Assembly: GCA_976226885.1 (NCBI GenBank)
Contig: OZ320317.1
Span: forward strand, 40,858,001 to 40,922,000
Origin: Iphione sp. A-MEVVRFRX5
Taxonomy: Eukaryota
Reading direction: 5' to 3'
DNA length: 64,000 nucleotides
Part shown: in pieces, positions 1 to 9,904 of the stretch
Layout: each line of letters starts with the position of its first letter
Position numbering within the stretch: the first letter of the stretch is position 1
Position numbers and translations under genes: made by a program
Notes under the pieces: model-generated
Database searches by the model: none
What the model was told of the DNA's origin: nothing
The model's input: the letters and a program-made list of their open reading frames with translations, nothing else

Positions 1-1
1 A

Positions 2-388
2 AGACCTACACAGGATGGTTATGACAATCACATCAACAACTATGAACTGTGGGCTGTGTTTGTGGCCTTAAAAAGATGGGCCCCAGAGTTGAAGAATTGT
101 ATGATTCTTTTGCGTGTAGATAATATGCCAGTGCTGTATATGCTTCGCACAGGTAGGATTAGTAACCCGCGTTGTATGCAGTGGTTGAGAGAAATTTTTT
201 GGTTATGTGTCTTCATGAATGTGTATTTCAAAGTAGAGTACATTAGTACGAAGGAGAATGTAATTGCTGATGCGCTGTCAAGACTCTCCTCACCCGCTTC
301 TGTAAATATTATATTGAATGACTTATGGTCAAATACAGCATGTTGTAGTAGTGTTTTCAATCTCTTGCAGGAAGGTTGCAGAAGCTAA
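2..388 (+). CDS. DIRS/Ngaro RNase H (C-terminus of pol; frame open from window start)
   Basis: HINNYELWAV, LRVDNMPV, VEYISTKENVIADALSRL match the DIRS-type RNase H motifs HIN.LEL.A / DN / N..AD.LSR. Confidence 0.9.
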   Translation, partial: RPTQDGYDNHINNYELWAVFVALKRWAPELKNCMILLRVDNMPVLYMLRTGRISNPRCMQWLREIFWLCVFMNVYFKVEYISTKENVIADALSRLSSPASVNIILNDLWSNTACCSSVFNLLQEGCRS

Positions 389-1307
389 AGGAGGAGGTTC
401 GTCCCTGAGGGACAGTGCGGTTTCAAAGAACACCAAGAAGTGCCATAATCTACAGCTTAAAAATTATTCAGAATTTTGTGATCATTTTGAGTTGAAGAGA
501 TTTCCATGTAGTAATTCACAGGCTTGTCTCTATTTAGCATACCTCGGTAGGAAGCTGTGCTTCTCATCCATTAAAAATTATTTATCAGGTCTTATTTTTT
601 GGAGCAAGGTGTTTTCAGTAACCCCTCCTGATATTAGGGATTTTGGAATATGTCAAGTTTTGTCTGGTTTAAAAAAGAGTTGTGACCGTACACCGAGGAG
701 AGCTCATGCTTTTAGTTTAGAGGAGATGGGAATGATTTTCAAAAGTATTGATGTACATAAAGATAAGGACTTGTTATTTTGGGTAGCTTGCCTGATGGCT
801 TTCAGATGCCTCCTTAGAAAGGAGTCATTCACTGATTGTAGCAGTCTGATGTGGAATGAGATTAAATTTACAGAGTATCGAGCAAAGGTTTACCTGAATA
901 GGGGTAAAACGATTCTCTCAAGTGATGATTGTTATTGTATTCCATTGTGTTATGTGCAGAACTATATATTTTGCATTGTTTCATGGTTAAAATTATTGAA
1001 AAGTAAACACTATGTTAAAGAGAGTCAATCGATTTTTTCTATGTACACTAAAAAGGGTGTTTATACACTTAATTATTCAGACTTTATGCAAAGGTTGAAA
1101 TGTATATGTTCTTCTATGTGTATCCAAGGTAGAATTTCATCCCACTCTTTTAGAAGGGGTGGAAGTACCTATCTTTCTCAGAGTGGAGCAGACATTTCCC
1201 TCATTAAACTCAGGGGAAATTGGAGATCGTCATGTGTGTATAAATATATAGATAGTGATTTTCGCAATTTGCTTGACTGTGAGGAGACTCTTTCGTTTCG
1301 TTTGTGA
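318..1307 (+). CDS. Tyrosine recombinase (integrase) of Ngaro element, 329 aa
   Basis: N-terminal core-binding region (YSEFC...SSIKNYLSG); catalytic set R (CLLRKES), K (RGKT), HxxR (SHSFRRGG), W (GNWRS), Y (VYKYI) all present. Confidence 0.92.
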   Translation: MTYGQIQHVVVVFSISCRKVAEAKGGGSSLRDSAVSKNTKKCHNLQLKNYSEFCDHFELKRFPCSNSQACLYLAYLGRKLCFSSIKNYLSGLIFWSKVFSVTPPDIRDFGICQVLSGLKKSCDRTPRRAHAFSLEEMGMIFKSIDVHKDKDLLFWVACLMAFRCLLRKESFTDCSSLMWNEIKFTEYRAKVYLNRGKTILSSDDCYCIPLCYVQNYIFCIVSWLKLLKSKHYVKESQSIFSMYTKKGVYTLNYSDFMQRLKCICSSMCIQGRISSHSFRRGGSTYLSQSGADISLIKLRGNWRSSCVYKYIDSDFRNLLDCEETLSFRL

Positions 1308-1317
1308 TTGGGGTTTG

Positions 1318-1369
1318 GGTGCTCGTATTCCCCAAACTCACTCGTTGTCTCCTTTCTAGACATATATAT
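1318..1369 (+). repeat. Split direct repeat B1 of Ngaro element 1
   Basis: ggtgctcgtattccccaaactcactcgttgtctcctttctagacatatatat, one mismatch to the copy at 1501-1552. Confidence 0.9.
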
Positions 1370-1500
1370 TTATATAAAAGGTTATATACATATATGTCGT
1401 AAAGCACCATTGTCATTGTATCCTAGTAACATATACATCACCATGGCATGTTCCTTCCATAACGACACTTCGTATCAAAATTTTACTTTTACTCAATAAA

Positions 1501-1552
1501 GGTGCTCGTATTCCCAAAACTCACTCGTTGTCTCCTTTCTAGACATATATAT
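1501..1552 (+). repeat. Split direct repeat B2 of Ngaro element 1
   Basis: Second copy, immediately after AATAAA and running into (TA)n. Confidence 0.9.
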
Positions 1553-2324
1553 ATATATATATAGCAAGAAATTTAGCTGCCTGAATATTCCTCCTTTTCT
1601 TATAGATCTTTTTATAAGGGACACAATCTCTATTATAGTTACAATCAGTCCCTGTGTCAAAAGGAAGGTTAAAAGAACCCATGTTGTGAACGTCTTCCAT
1701 ATTGGATGTTGATGAAAATTGATACGTGAAAACAACAGAGGAGGACCCGTTACCACGTTTTTTTGTTTGGAATGCTAATACTAGGTTACCTCACGTGTAT
1801 TGCTGTTCAACTAATCGAGATATGATATATAGCCTGCCAGACAGGTGTCCGTATCAATACCGAAACCCATGTTGCAAAACTAAATACTGCAGTGGTTACC
1901 CTGATGGCAATACAGTAATTTGTGACCGTTGTGTATCTGATCTGACATAGCTACCAATCCGCATCGTTCCATACATAGAACTGGAAGGGAGGGTCTCCGA
2001 TATGGTTGAGTAACTGACGATCACCTGATCAATGTGCCAACATGATGAACCCTGGACATGAAAAACCCAAATCATATATACTCTAGTTCACGCTTTAGGT
2101 TGTAGGGTTTGCTGCTTGCGAGCCTGGTTTCGTGGGCTCCCACACCTGTAACCCAGGAGTGGCGAGTTTACCTTACCACATCTGGAGTAGTAATACATAA
2201 CCAGTTATCACCATAATAACATGGCTTGGCATAACCAGGGGAGGAAACCACCGAGTGTTACTGAAGACGGATGGTACCCGTTGGTGCTCCTTTGTGATGT
2301 TTCTTTGCTCTAATGAGAGAGTAC

Positions 2325-2333
2325 GAGAGAGAA

Positions 2334-2388
<55 letters not shown>

Positions 2389-2390
2389 AA
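2325..2390. repeat. (GA)n microsatellite
   Basis: Direct reading. Confidence 0.95.
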
Positions 2391-4263
2391 GGGAGGCAGA
2401 CAGTCTTGAAAGAAGTGAGGCTGAGAGCGTTATCTGTCTTCTTTTACATCTTCCATTAGGATGGTATCAGGTTCCAAACCTACAGAGCATGACCACGAGT
2501 AACTTCTGGTCATTGTTTGTGAGCGCAAGGAGAAAGCATTAAAGTAGACCCTTATCTGGACAGAGAATCTCTCTGACATCGCAATTTCAAACTGCTAACA
2601 CTGATGACGGCCTCACTCTGCTGGCCGCTATGCTACCTGCAAATAACCCTTCAGCCCTTTACATAAAAACAATCCAAACATGAATCCATTTTTTTATTAT
2701 GTTCTACTTTCCTGTATCAGAAACCTGAAAATCATCTCACGTTATGAAGAGACAACTGGGTCAATGTAAAATTTTTCAATCTGTTTTCTTCTGCTCCAAT
2801 TGAACCTATAAAGGTCCTTCAATTGTCTTCTTGTTTCACCTTTCCCTTCTATCTGCTCGTCTCTCGATCCCCTTTAGCACTCTCGTGGACTTTTCCTTGC
2901 CCGTCACTGCGTTTTCTTTTTGTTGATCCATCCCTATATAATTCGATCCCGTGTTCTCTATCCCTCTGTACACCGCTGTTCCTGTCCATGCACTGTTCCA
3001 TTTTCCTGTCTCTATCTCTTTACACACCGTCTCCAACTCCATCCCCGTCTTGTTTGCTCTCTGCTAAGTACCTCATCACAGTTTTCATGTCAGCCCAGTT
3101 CTAGACCTCATATTGTCTCTTTCAAATTTGTCTGTCTCTTTCGTTATCAGTTTCTTACATCTGACCCTTCAGTTGCCTGTGACCTTTTCCCGTTGCAGTG
3201 TTTCTCCTCGCCCACTTTTCCGTTCCCCCATCCTTTTCTGCACTGTTAATCTTATCTACAGACCTTCTTACGCCCTTCTTTGTTCTCCGCTGTCTGTAAT
3301 GTGACTCTGCTGTCACCGGTTCATCTAAACGAAAGTGCCCACAGCTTAGAATGCCTCTGCGCTCCACCGCGCTAGAAAAAATACTTCGTCCTGTATGGCT
3401 GCACTATCGCTATCTTCTGCCACATAGATCGAGGGGTAATGTCCGTGTGCAGCGCGTGGCTGCTGTACACAATCAACATCTCGATGGTGCTCTGGAAGGG
3501 CAGTCTGTTCACAATGGTCCATGGCTTAAGTTCAACAATACATACATATGCTACACAACAAATGTAATGCTCTAGCTGTGATGTGCTTCTTGTGATCATG
3601 GCAGTGATGATGGGTCTACATTCCCTTGTCCTGTATGTGTATGTTTCTCCTGATCCCATTCCATATAATGCGTACATACGTTACAGATTATGTAGTAACA
3701 TGACAATAGATCGCCACAAAATAAATTATCAATCTTAAAAATGTATATCTACAGAGGAAAGGAAAAGAAAAAAAAGCAGTAGCCTTGGCGGCTGTCTGAG
3801 TAACCCACTTTTGCCTAAATACTTAAACTCACCTCACACTATGCCGCCTGAAGTCAGGACGTTTATTAGTCCCTGCGGTAAAAATGGCCAAAGATAATGG
3901 CCCATGGCGAACCTTTCCAGAACGCCCACCACTTCTTCCTCACTTCAGAAGAAGCTTTGTCCATTATCTGGCCTCAAAGTCCAGTCAATGGAAATGGGAA
4001 GGAGCGGTGCTAAAACATTTTTAGCACCCTCACAGTTGGCGATAGTCAAGAGAGAAGAGATGAGGCTTGGTTCGAAATTTTACCAGGTAAATCCTGCTGA
4101 CATATTTTCAATTCCTTTCATTAAAATTCTTTTTGCACTAGAATTTTTCCTCCGCGCTTTCCTTCTTTTTCACATGGCGTATTCTTTGGATTTGTTTCTC
4201 GTTCGCTGTTTGTCCCCCTTTCTCTCTCGTCCTTGTTAATTTTAATGTAAAGCTGATGCCATA

Positions 4264-4266
<3 letters not shown>

Positions 4267-4310
<44 letters not shown>
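4267..4310. repeat. (CT)n microsatellite
   Basis: Direct reading. Confidence 0.95.
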
Positions 4311-4313
<3 letters not shown>

Positions 4314-7008
4314 TCGCTTTTTATCATCTCATCGCGTTTTGTTGTCTGATTGCAATTTGCCCTATTCCCTCTCATGCTTCTCATTTTGTATCTGTCAATT
4401 TGCATTTCAAATTCTAAAGCTAATGGGCCTAGTTCCCCGTCCATGATTTATCTAGTTAAATTCCGTCAGTATTTCTATTCGGAAAAAGAAACTCTAGAAC
4501 TCGTTCATTAAAGCTTATACCAGCTATACACAAATTGCTGGCTTGAAATGGTACTTTTTATGTACGAGTACCAACGATTACGTACTGATCGGACTTTCTA
4601 GATAATGGGGGAGGGTACTCAAGAGGGACATTTTAGTAAATAGAGTCTTTCAGAGATGTTATAGGAGATGCCCCAATCGCAGGGAAAAGGATTTGTGTTC
4701 AGAGCATAGAATAACTACTAGACACTATGGACATATTTTGCAAGTATTGTTCAGACAGATTGCAGCATAGGGTATGATGCTTGCTATGCTGTATTCCGCG
4801 TGTTCCACCCAGTGATTTTAACCAATTCTATTGTTTTACACCCTTTCCTTTCTGTTTCACAGCATTATGTAAAATGGTTAAAGAAGGCATGTCTGACGAA
4901 CTGAGAGGCAATTGTTCCTCTAGAAAACAGCGTAGTCACTTGGCTGTTGTTAAAGGCCGTTGATGCTTAGAAAATTCTTCCACTCAAAAAGAGAATTTTT
5001 CTACACTAGTAGTATAATTGCGGAGACGTGCTGGGTCATGTTTATCGTCTAGTGCGTAGCATTTGTAACAATTGAATTTGTCATAATATTAACGGTGTCA
5101 TTTTCAAGGGAGAAATTGACAAAAGAGAGTCATTACATAAAAGTAGTAAGCAAAAAAAAGAAAACATTATGCATTTATTTTATATAATTTTATGTCTTAA
5201 TAAAGAAGGTTATAGGACATCATAAGTGATATCTTTAGTATTGTCCCACTAAGGATTCATTAAAAACTGTTGATAAGCTCCATAGATAAACCCTCTAGTG
5301 TTTCACAGAACTATCTAATAATGTAATGATAATTTTCTGTTATTTAAAGTTTTAAATCATATTTGTATTACTATGTCTACAAAATATATTAGCATGCTGA
5401 ATTCTGAGGTTCTTAAAAGTCTTGTGACAGATTTTCCATCATAACCCAGTGTATTTTCAATAAGATTTACGTGACAGTGGATAGCCCACAATATCATCTT
5501 GTTTTATGCAAAAATGAAAGGAATCCACCAAAAAGCAATCATGTGACCTCTGGCCTTAAACTGTCGATCATATATGATTGATTTTTCCTTCTTGGTCTGG
5601 AAGGGGTTAAATGTTATGACAAAAATACCTTGATTAGAAGATTCACACCTGGTAGAAAGAACCTCCCACGGAGGATCACACGTATTACCATTTGCTGCTG
5701 CTGATGTTTTAGTTACCTACCACATTGATCCTTCTCATGATATGGAAACTGCTCGCTTTACAAAGGTTTGCTATACCTGTGATGCTATTACTAATATATG
5801 TCCTCATTGTGATCTCAAACCCTCGATGAAACAGGCAATATTCAAATCTCTCTAGATTACCTTCCATATAATTGTTTACTTAATACAGGGTTTATCTGAT
5901 TTCAAAAATGATCCTTTTTCATCATCAGTATCCATTTCTCTTTTCTTCATTTATTTGTGATTAACATATTATGTTTTAATCATAAAGACCACATGTATTT
6001 ACTTATTTATTTAGATTGTGAAACAAAGGAAGGATCTGAATCGCTTCATTCCGTGCTCATGCAGTACAAGTACAGCAATAGCACCCTCTGCTTCCCATGC
6101 AGTATTTGATTGTGTCAGCACAACATGCAGTATATAGTGTCACGTGACTTTAGTTAGACATGTAAACAAACAAAATGTCAGACGTATTTATTTAGTTTTC
6201 AATCTACTGTAATATGTAGTCACGTTGATGTCTGGCATTGATACAGAGAGGTGTTATGTAAAATAACCAATGCTAATACAGAAAAATCTGGTTTATTCCA
6301 TGCGCGTTATCTCTGCTGGATGTAAGTCTCCCCAAATGCAATGGGAGAATATCTGTTTATTAAAAAGGTTCTTGCCTGTTATAAACAGATAGTACCCTGG
6401 TGGCTTACGTAATATCCTATGTTGCAATACATACAAAACACTTATTTCCGAATTTCTAAGTTGATCTGATCATCTGACCAACCACTATCAGACCAAGCAT
6501 TAAACCCGGAGTCGTAGTTCGTACATTAGACCATGGCGTCAGACCTACTCGTCTGATGATGTCATCTATCCACCACAGTATGTGTACTATAGACAGATAA
6601 TCAGGCCAATTTAATGCGTATCTATCTTGAAACAATTTTTTTTCAAAATAGGTAACCACTTTACACCAATTCCCGACAAATTTCCTGTTGCAGATGTGCA
6701 GATTTTGACTGGTACCAGCTCCCTGTTTTCACAAATGCTCCGCGATGTTGCTAGGATAGCAGGATACCGTAAGCTGCAAAACCAAAATTAATGTACAACT
6801 TGTTTACAAAATATATGACTTCACATTGTATTGTTCCCGAAAGAGGAATATAATAAAACAGACAGATTCCACATTTCCTACCGTATCACACCTCCACCCA
6901 CTTCAACTCCACCCATCACAGATACGCTCACTCCTGTTCTCTTACATCCATTCCCCTTGTTTGACTCACTTCTGGGATTTCGTACCTAGAGTGTTGCGAT
7001 GGTAAGAC

Positions 7009-8682
7009 GTGTTTGTTGAAAGCTCTCGTCATTTTCCTAGTAATTGGGCCGTGGTGTGCACAATTTTTGGTAAAATGGAAACAAGACAAACGAGGAGAGG
7101 AAGGGACAGTACTTCTAACCAACAGTCTGGTTCTTCTGATCAAGTCCATGAGAAAACAGGAGGTGGAAACAGTGAAAGAGGACTGGTGCCGACCGGGCCA
7201 TTACCTGGACGGCAAACTCCCCTATTACCGACCGGTGGACACAACGATCGACCACCGAAAACACCTACTGATAGAGAAAACGCGACACCTGGCAGCTCTA
7301 ACAAGGGGAGAAGGAATACAGGTGGTGGGGACCAAGCAATACCAACACCAGGTCAGATTCACATAAGCGAAATTCCTACACCCGGAATTAGAGGTGAGTG
7401 GTCGTCAGATAGACGCTTTGATGCCATCTTTACCTGTCTGAGTGAAATCAGGGCACAAAGAGTGAAGGATATTGAGTTATTTGATGTTGTGACAACGTTA
7501 AGAAAGGATATGGCTGCTATCAAAGTACGTCAGCAGAAGTTAGAAAGCAAGGTTGCTGATGCTCTAAAGAAAGTGAAGGGATCGATTGAGAGTACAGAAG
7601 CGGGTGAAGAGGAAATCAAATCGTTAGGGGCAAGAATTTCCAATCAGTCGTACATTGTTGCGGACGCGACAGCTAAGTTGACTCGTTTTGAGGAGACAGT
7701 AGGTAATATCAAGGAAGAAATTAAAGAAAACGAAGTCAAACAGAGGCGGCTCAACCTGGTGATAGACGGGTTAAATGAAGAAAAAGATGAGGACCTAGCT
7801 AAGGACTGTTTGGAAATATGTCAGGTTTCTGTTGAGGGTATTTCAGAGGATGAAATTTTCTCATGTAGACGGCTTGGAAACAACCCTACCGAAGATGCTA
7901 AAAATACCCGTAGGCCCCGCCCAGTCCTTGTCAGCTTTGATTCCGTAGAAACAAGGGACTCGATCTATAAAAATAGATCGCGACTCAAGGACGTCTCTCA
8001 TTATGCCAAGGTTATGCTGAGGGAGGACATCCCACCAGAGTCACGTGCCACACACCGAAAGCTGCATACCATAGCCACGTATGCTAGGAAGCAAGGTTAC
8101 CGGGCATCAGTGAAAGGACTGATCCTAGTGATTGACGGGGTGCCTTACCGGTCAACAGAGCTGCACCGCCTACCAAGTGGTCTGACTGTCGACGATGCCT
8201 TCTCATTGGCAGAAGACGAAAACTATTGTTTCCGAGGTCCGTTCCACAACCTGTCCAGCCAGTCTGAGACCAGGTTCAACTGCGACGGCTGGTGGGTAAA
8301 TTCGATCGAGCAAGCATTTCAGTTGAAGAAAGCTCTAACCCACGACCAGACCAAGGTGGTGGAACAGATTCAGAGCAGTTTATCCAGTGCTGGTGCAAGA
8401 CGTGTTGGCAATAGGATTGCAACAAGTGACCATTGGAATGAAAACCTGCTTGACACTTTGCGACACATTATTGAATGTAAGGTAGATCAATGTCCGGAAA
8501 TGAAGCGTGCTCTTCTATCAACGGGAAACGCTACCTTAGCTGAAGCTTCTCCTCACATGGTTCTCAGCACCGGTTGTCTCTTGTTTGACCCTAAGATAAG
8601 TGCTAAAGAATGGGAGGGTGAGAACTTTCTTGGTCGGGTCCTAGTAATGGTAAGAGACAATTTGCGAACCTCCACAAACTAA
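7009..8682 (+). CDS. LINE ORF1 (disordered N-terminus, coiled coil, RRM-type region) fused to a C-terminal NADAR/YbiA-like domain; likely ATG at 7075
   Basis: Heptad-like region ~7480-7750; NLVIDGLNEE...CRRLG...RPRPVLVSF...MLREDIPPE typical of ORF1 RRM; C-terminal SIEQAFQLKK, W..., KVDQCPEMKRALLSTG, LAEASP, GENFLGRVLVMVRDNL. Confidence 0.85.
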   Translation: MFVESSRHFPSNWAVVCTIFGKMETRQTRRGRDSTSNQQSGSSDQVHEKTGGGNSERGLVPTGPLPGRQTPLLPTGGHNDRPPKTPTDRENATPGSSNKGRRNTGGGDQAIPTPGQIHISEIPTPGIRGEWSSDRRFDAIFTCLSEIRAQRVKDIELFDVVTTLRKDMAAIKVRQQKLESKVADALKKVKGSIESTEAGEEEIKSLGARISNQSYIVADATAKLTRFEETVGNIKEEIKENEVKQRRLNLVIDGLNEEKDEDLAKDCLEICQVSVEGISEDEIFSCRRLGNNPTEDAKNTRRPRPVLVSFDSVETRDSIYKNRSRLKDVSHYAKVMLREDIPPESRATHRKLHTIATYARKQGYRASVKGLILVIDGVPYRSTELHRLPSGLTVDDAFSLAEDENYCFRGPFHNLSSQSETRFNCDGWWVNSIEQAFQLKKALTHDQTKVVEQIQSSLSSAGARRVGNRIATSDHWNENLLDTLRHIIECKVDQCPEMKRALLSTGNATLAEASPHMVLSTGCLLFDPKISAKEWEGENFLGRVLVMVRDNLRTSTN

Positions 8683-8902
8683 TAATGTATGTCTTTTTTT
8701 CTTTTCAGTTGAGGACTCCATGCCATTGTGACTGTTGGAAATTAACAGGATTGACTGTATTCCGGAAGCGTGAGGAATTAGGGTTTCTCTCACATTGGTA
8801 AGGTTGTCCGACACTGAACTGTATTGAAAAGTCTGATATACTGTCTTTCGTTTATGGGGATATGTCAGATAATGTTGGTTGAATCAGAGCATTTATTGTC
8901 TT

Positions 8903-9030
8903 GTATTCTTTACGATAAATGTTACTGTTGAGGTGTTTAAAATGGACTTTCATTTCCAGTATGACAGTATTCTTTACGATAAATGTTACTGTTGAGGTGT
9001 TTAAAATGGACTTTCATTTCCAGTATGACA
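8903..9030. repeat. Perfect 64-bp tandem duplication in the LINE ORF1-esterase spacer
   Basis: 8903-8966 identical to 8967-9030. Confidence 0.95.
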
Positions 9031-9182
9031 AAATTTTTTCTTTTTTTAGAGATTAAATTGTAGGTGCTATCGTTGTGAGATCGTGCAACAGAATCACAGG
9101 ATTGACTGTTTTTTCTGTTAAACGAGGTCGACTACTACTTGATACAGCAGAATAGCAGGATAGACTGCCTTCTTCTCTACAC

Positions 9183-9809
9183 GTGGCATACTGCAAAATG
9201 GTGCAGAAAGTCCTGGTACTGTCAGACTCCCGTGGACGTGATGTCAGGGAAAGCTGGATCCCGTATTCAACTAATCAGATAAGAGTGAATTTTGTTATCC
9301 AACCAGGGTTGGGTTATGAAACAGTGTTTTTCCTGCTAAAACAGACCTGGGTAAATAACTATGATTTCGTGTATGTGTTCATGGGAATTTGCGATGTGAC
9401 TCGTCGCTTTAATGGTCGAACAACACTACGTCATAAGAATACTTCTAACTACCTGCTTAGATACCAGGCAATACTTAGTAGACTGTCGGGACTGGATTCG
9501 AAGGTACATGCCCGTATTGTCTTATGTCCTATCGTGGGCATTTCCCTTCAGCGATATTCGCCGCAGACTTATTCATTAAGAATGCAGGTCGAATTAAACA
9601 CAACAGTATGGGCGATTAACCAATTGATTAGACAGTTTAACTCAGCTAGAGGTGTCTTTACACCAAGTCTTTCCAGTCCTATACATGTATTGAAGAAGAG
9701 TCGTCGGACTAATAACTACAGCTATCTTAGTGATGGTTGTCATCAAAAAAGAAAAGTATCAATGAAGTGGGTTGACCAACTCGCACTTGCAATAGTAAAG
9801 AATTATTGA
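9183..9809 (+). CDS. SGNH/GDSL-family esterase-like ORF inside the LINE (ATG at 9198)
   Basis: Block I VLSDSRG, block II QPGLG, block III FMGICD, block V LSDGCH (DxxH). Confidence 0.8.
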   Translation: MAYCKMVQKVLVLSDSRGRDVRESWIPYSTNQIRVNFVIQPGLGYETVFFLLKQTWVNNYDFVYVFMGICDVTRRFNGRTTLRHKNTSNYLLRYQAILSRLSGLDSKVHARIVLCPIVGISLQRYSPQTYSLRMQVELNTTVWAINQLIRQFNSARGVFTPSLSSPIHVLKKSRRTNNYSYLSDGCHQKRKVSMKWVDQLALAIVKNY

Positions 9810-9904
9810 TTCTCCAAGGTCGGGAATTCTCGTATAAGATGTGCAGACTACCCGGTTCATGACTGGGTTATGGCTTTACTAACACTTTTTACTAATTCGC
9901 TATT

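Larger units (their letters stand above)
1..1552 (+). mobile_element. Ngaro-type YR retrotransposon, 3' part (5' end outside window)
   Basis: DIRS-type RNase H followed by an overlapping same-strand tyrosine recombinase, then a 52-bp repeat pair (1318-1369, 1501-1552) separated by a segment ending in AATAAA, i.e. a B1-A2-B2-like right end. Confidence 0.9.

Noticed and set aside
6379-6388. ttataaacag, also found right after the LINE tail (12751-12760), as a possible TSD
   Set aside because: AT-rich 10-mer ~690 bp upstream of the likely ORF1 ATG, and CR1/L2-group elements often lack TSDs; unresolved, so not used as the boundary
7013-7366. 117-aa alternative-frame ORF overlapping the LINE ORF1 start
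   Set aside because: No recognisable motif; expected by chance over a low-complexity ORF1 N-terminus
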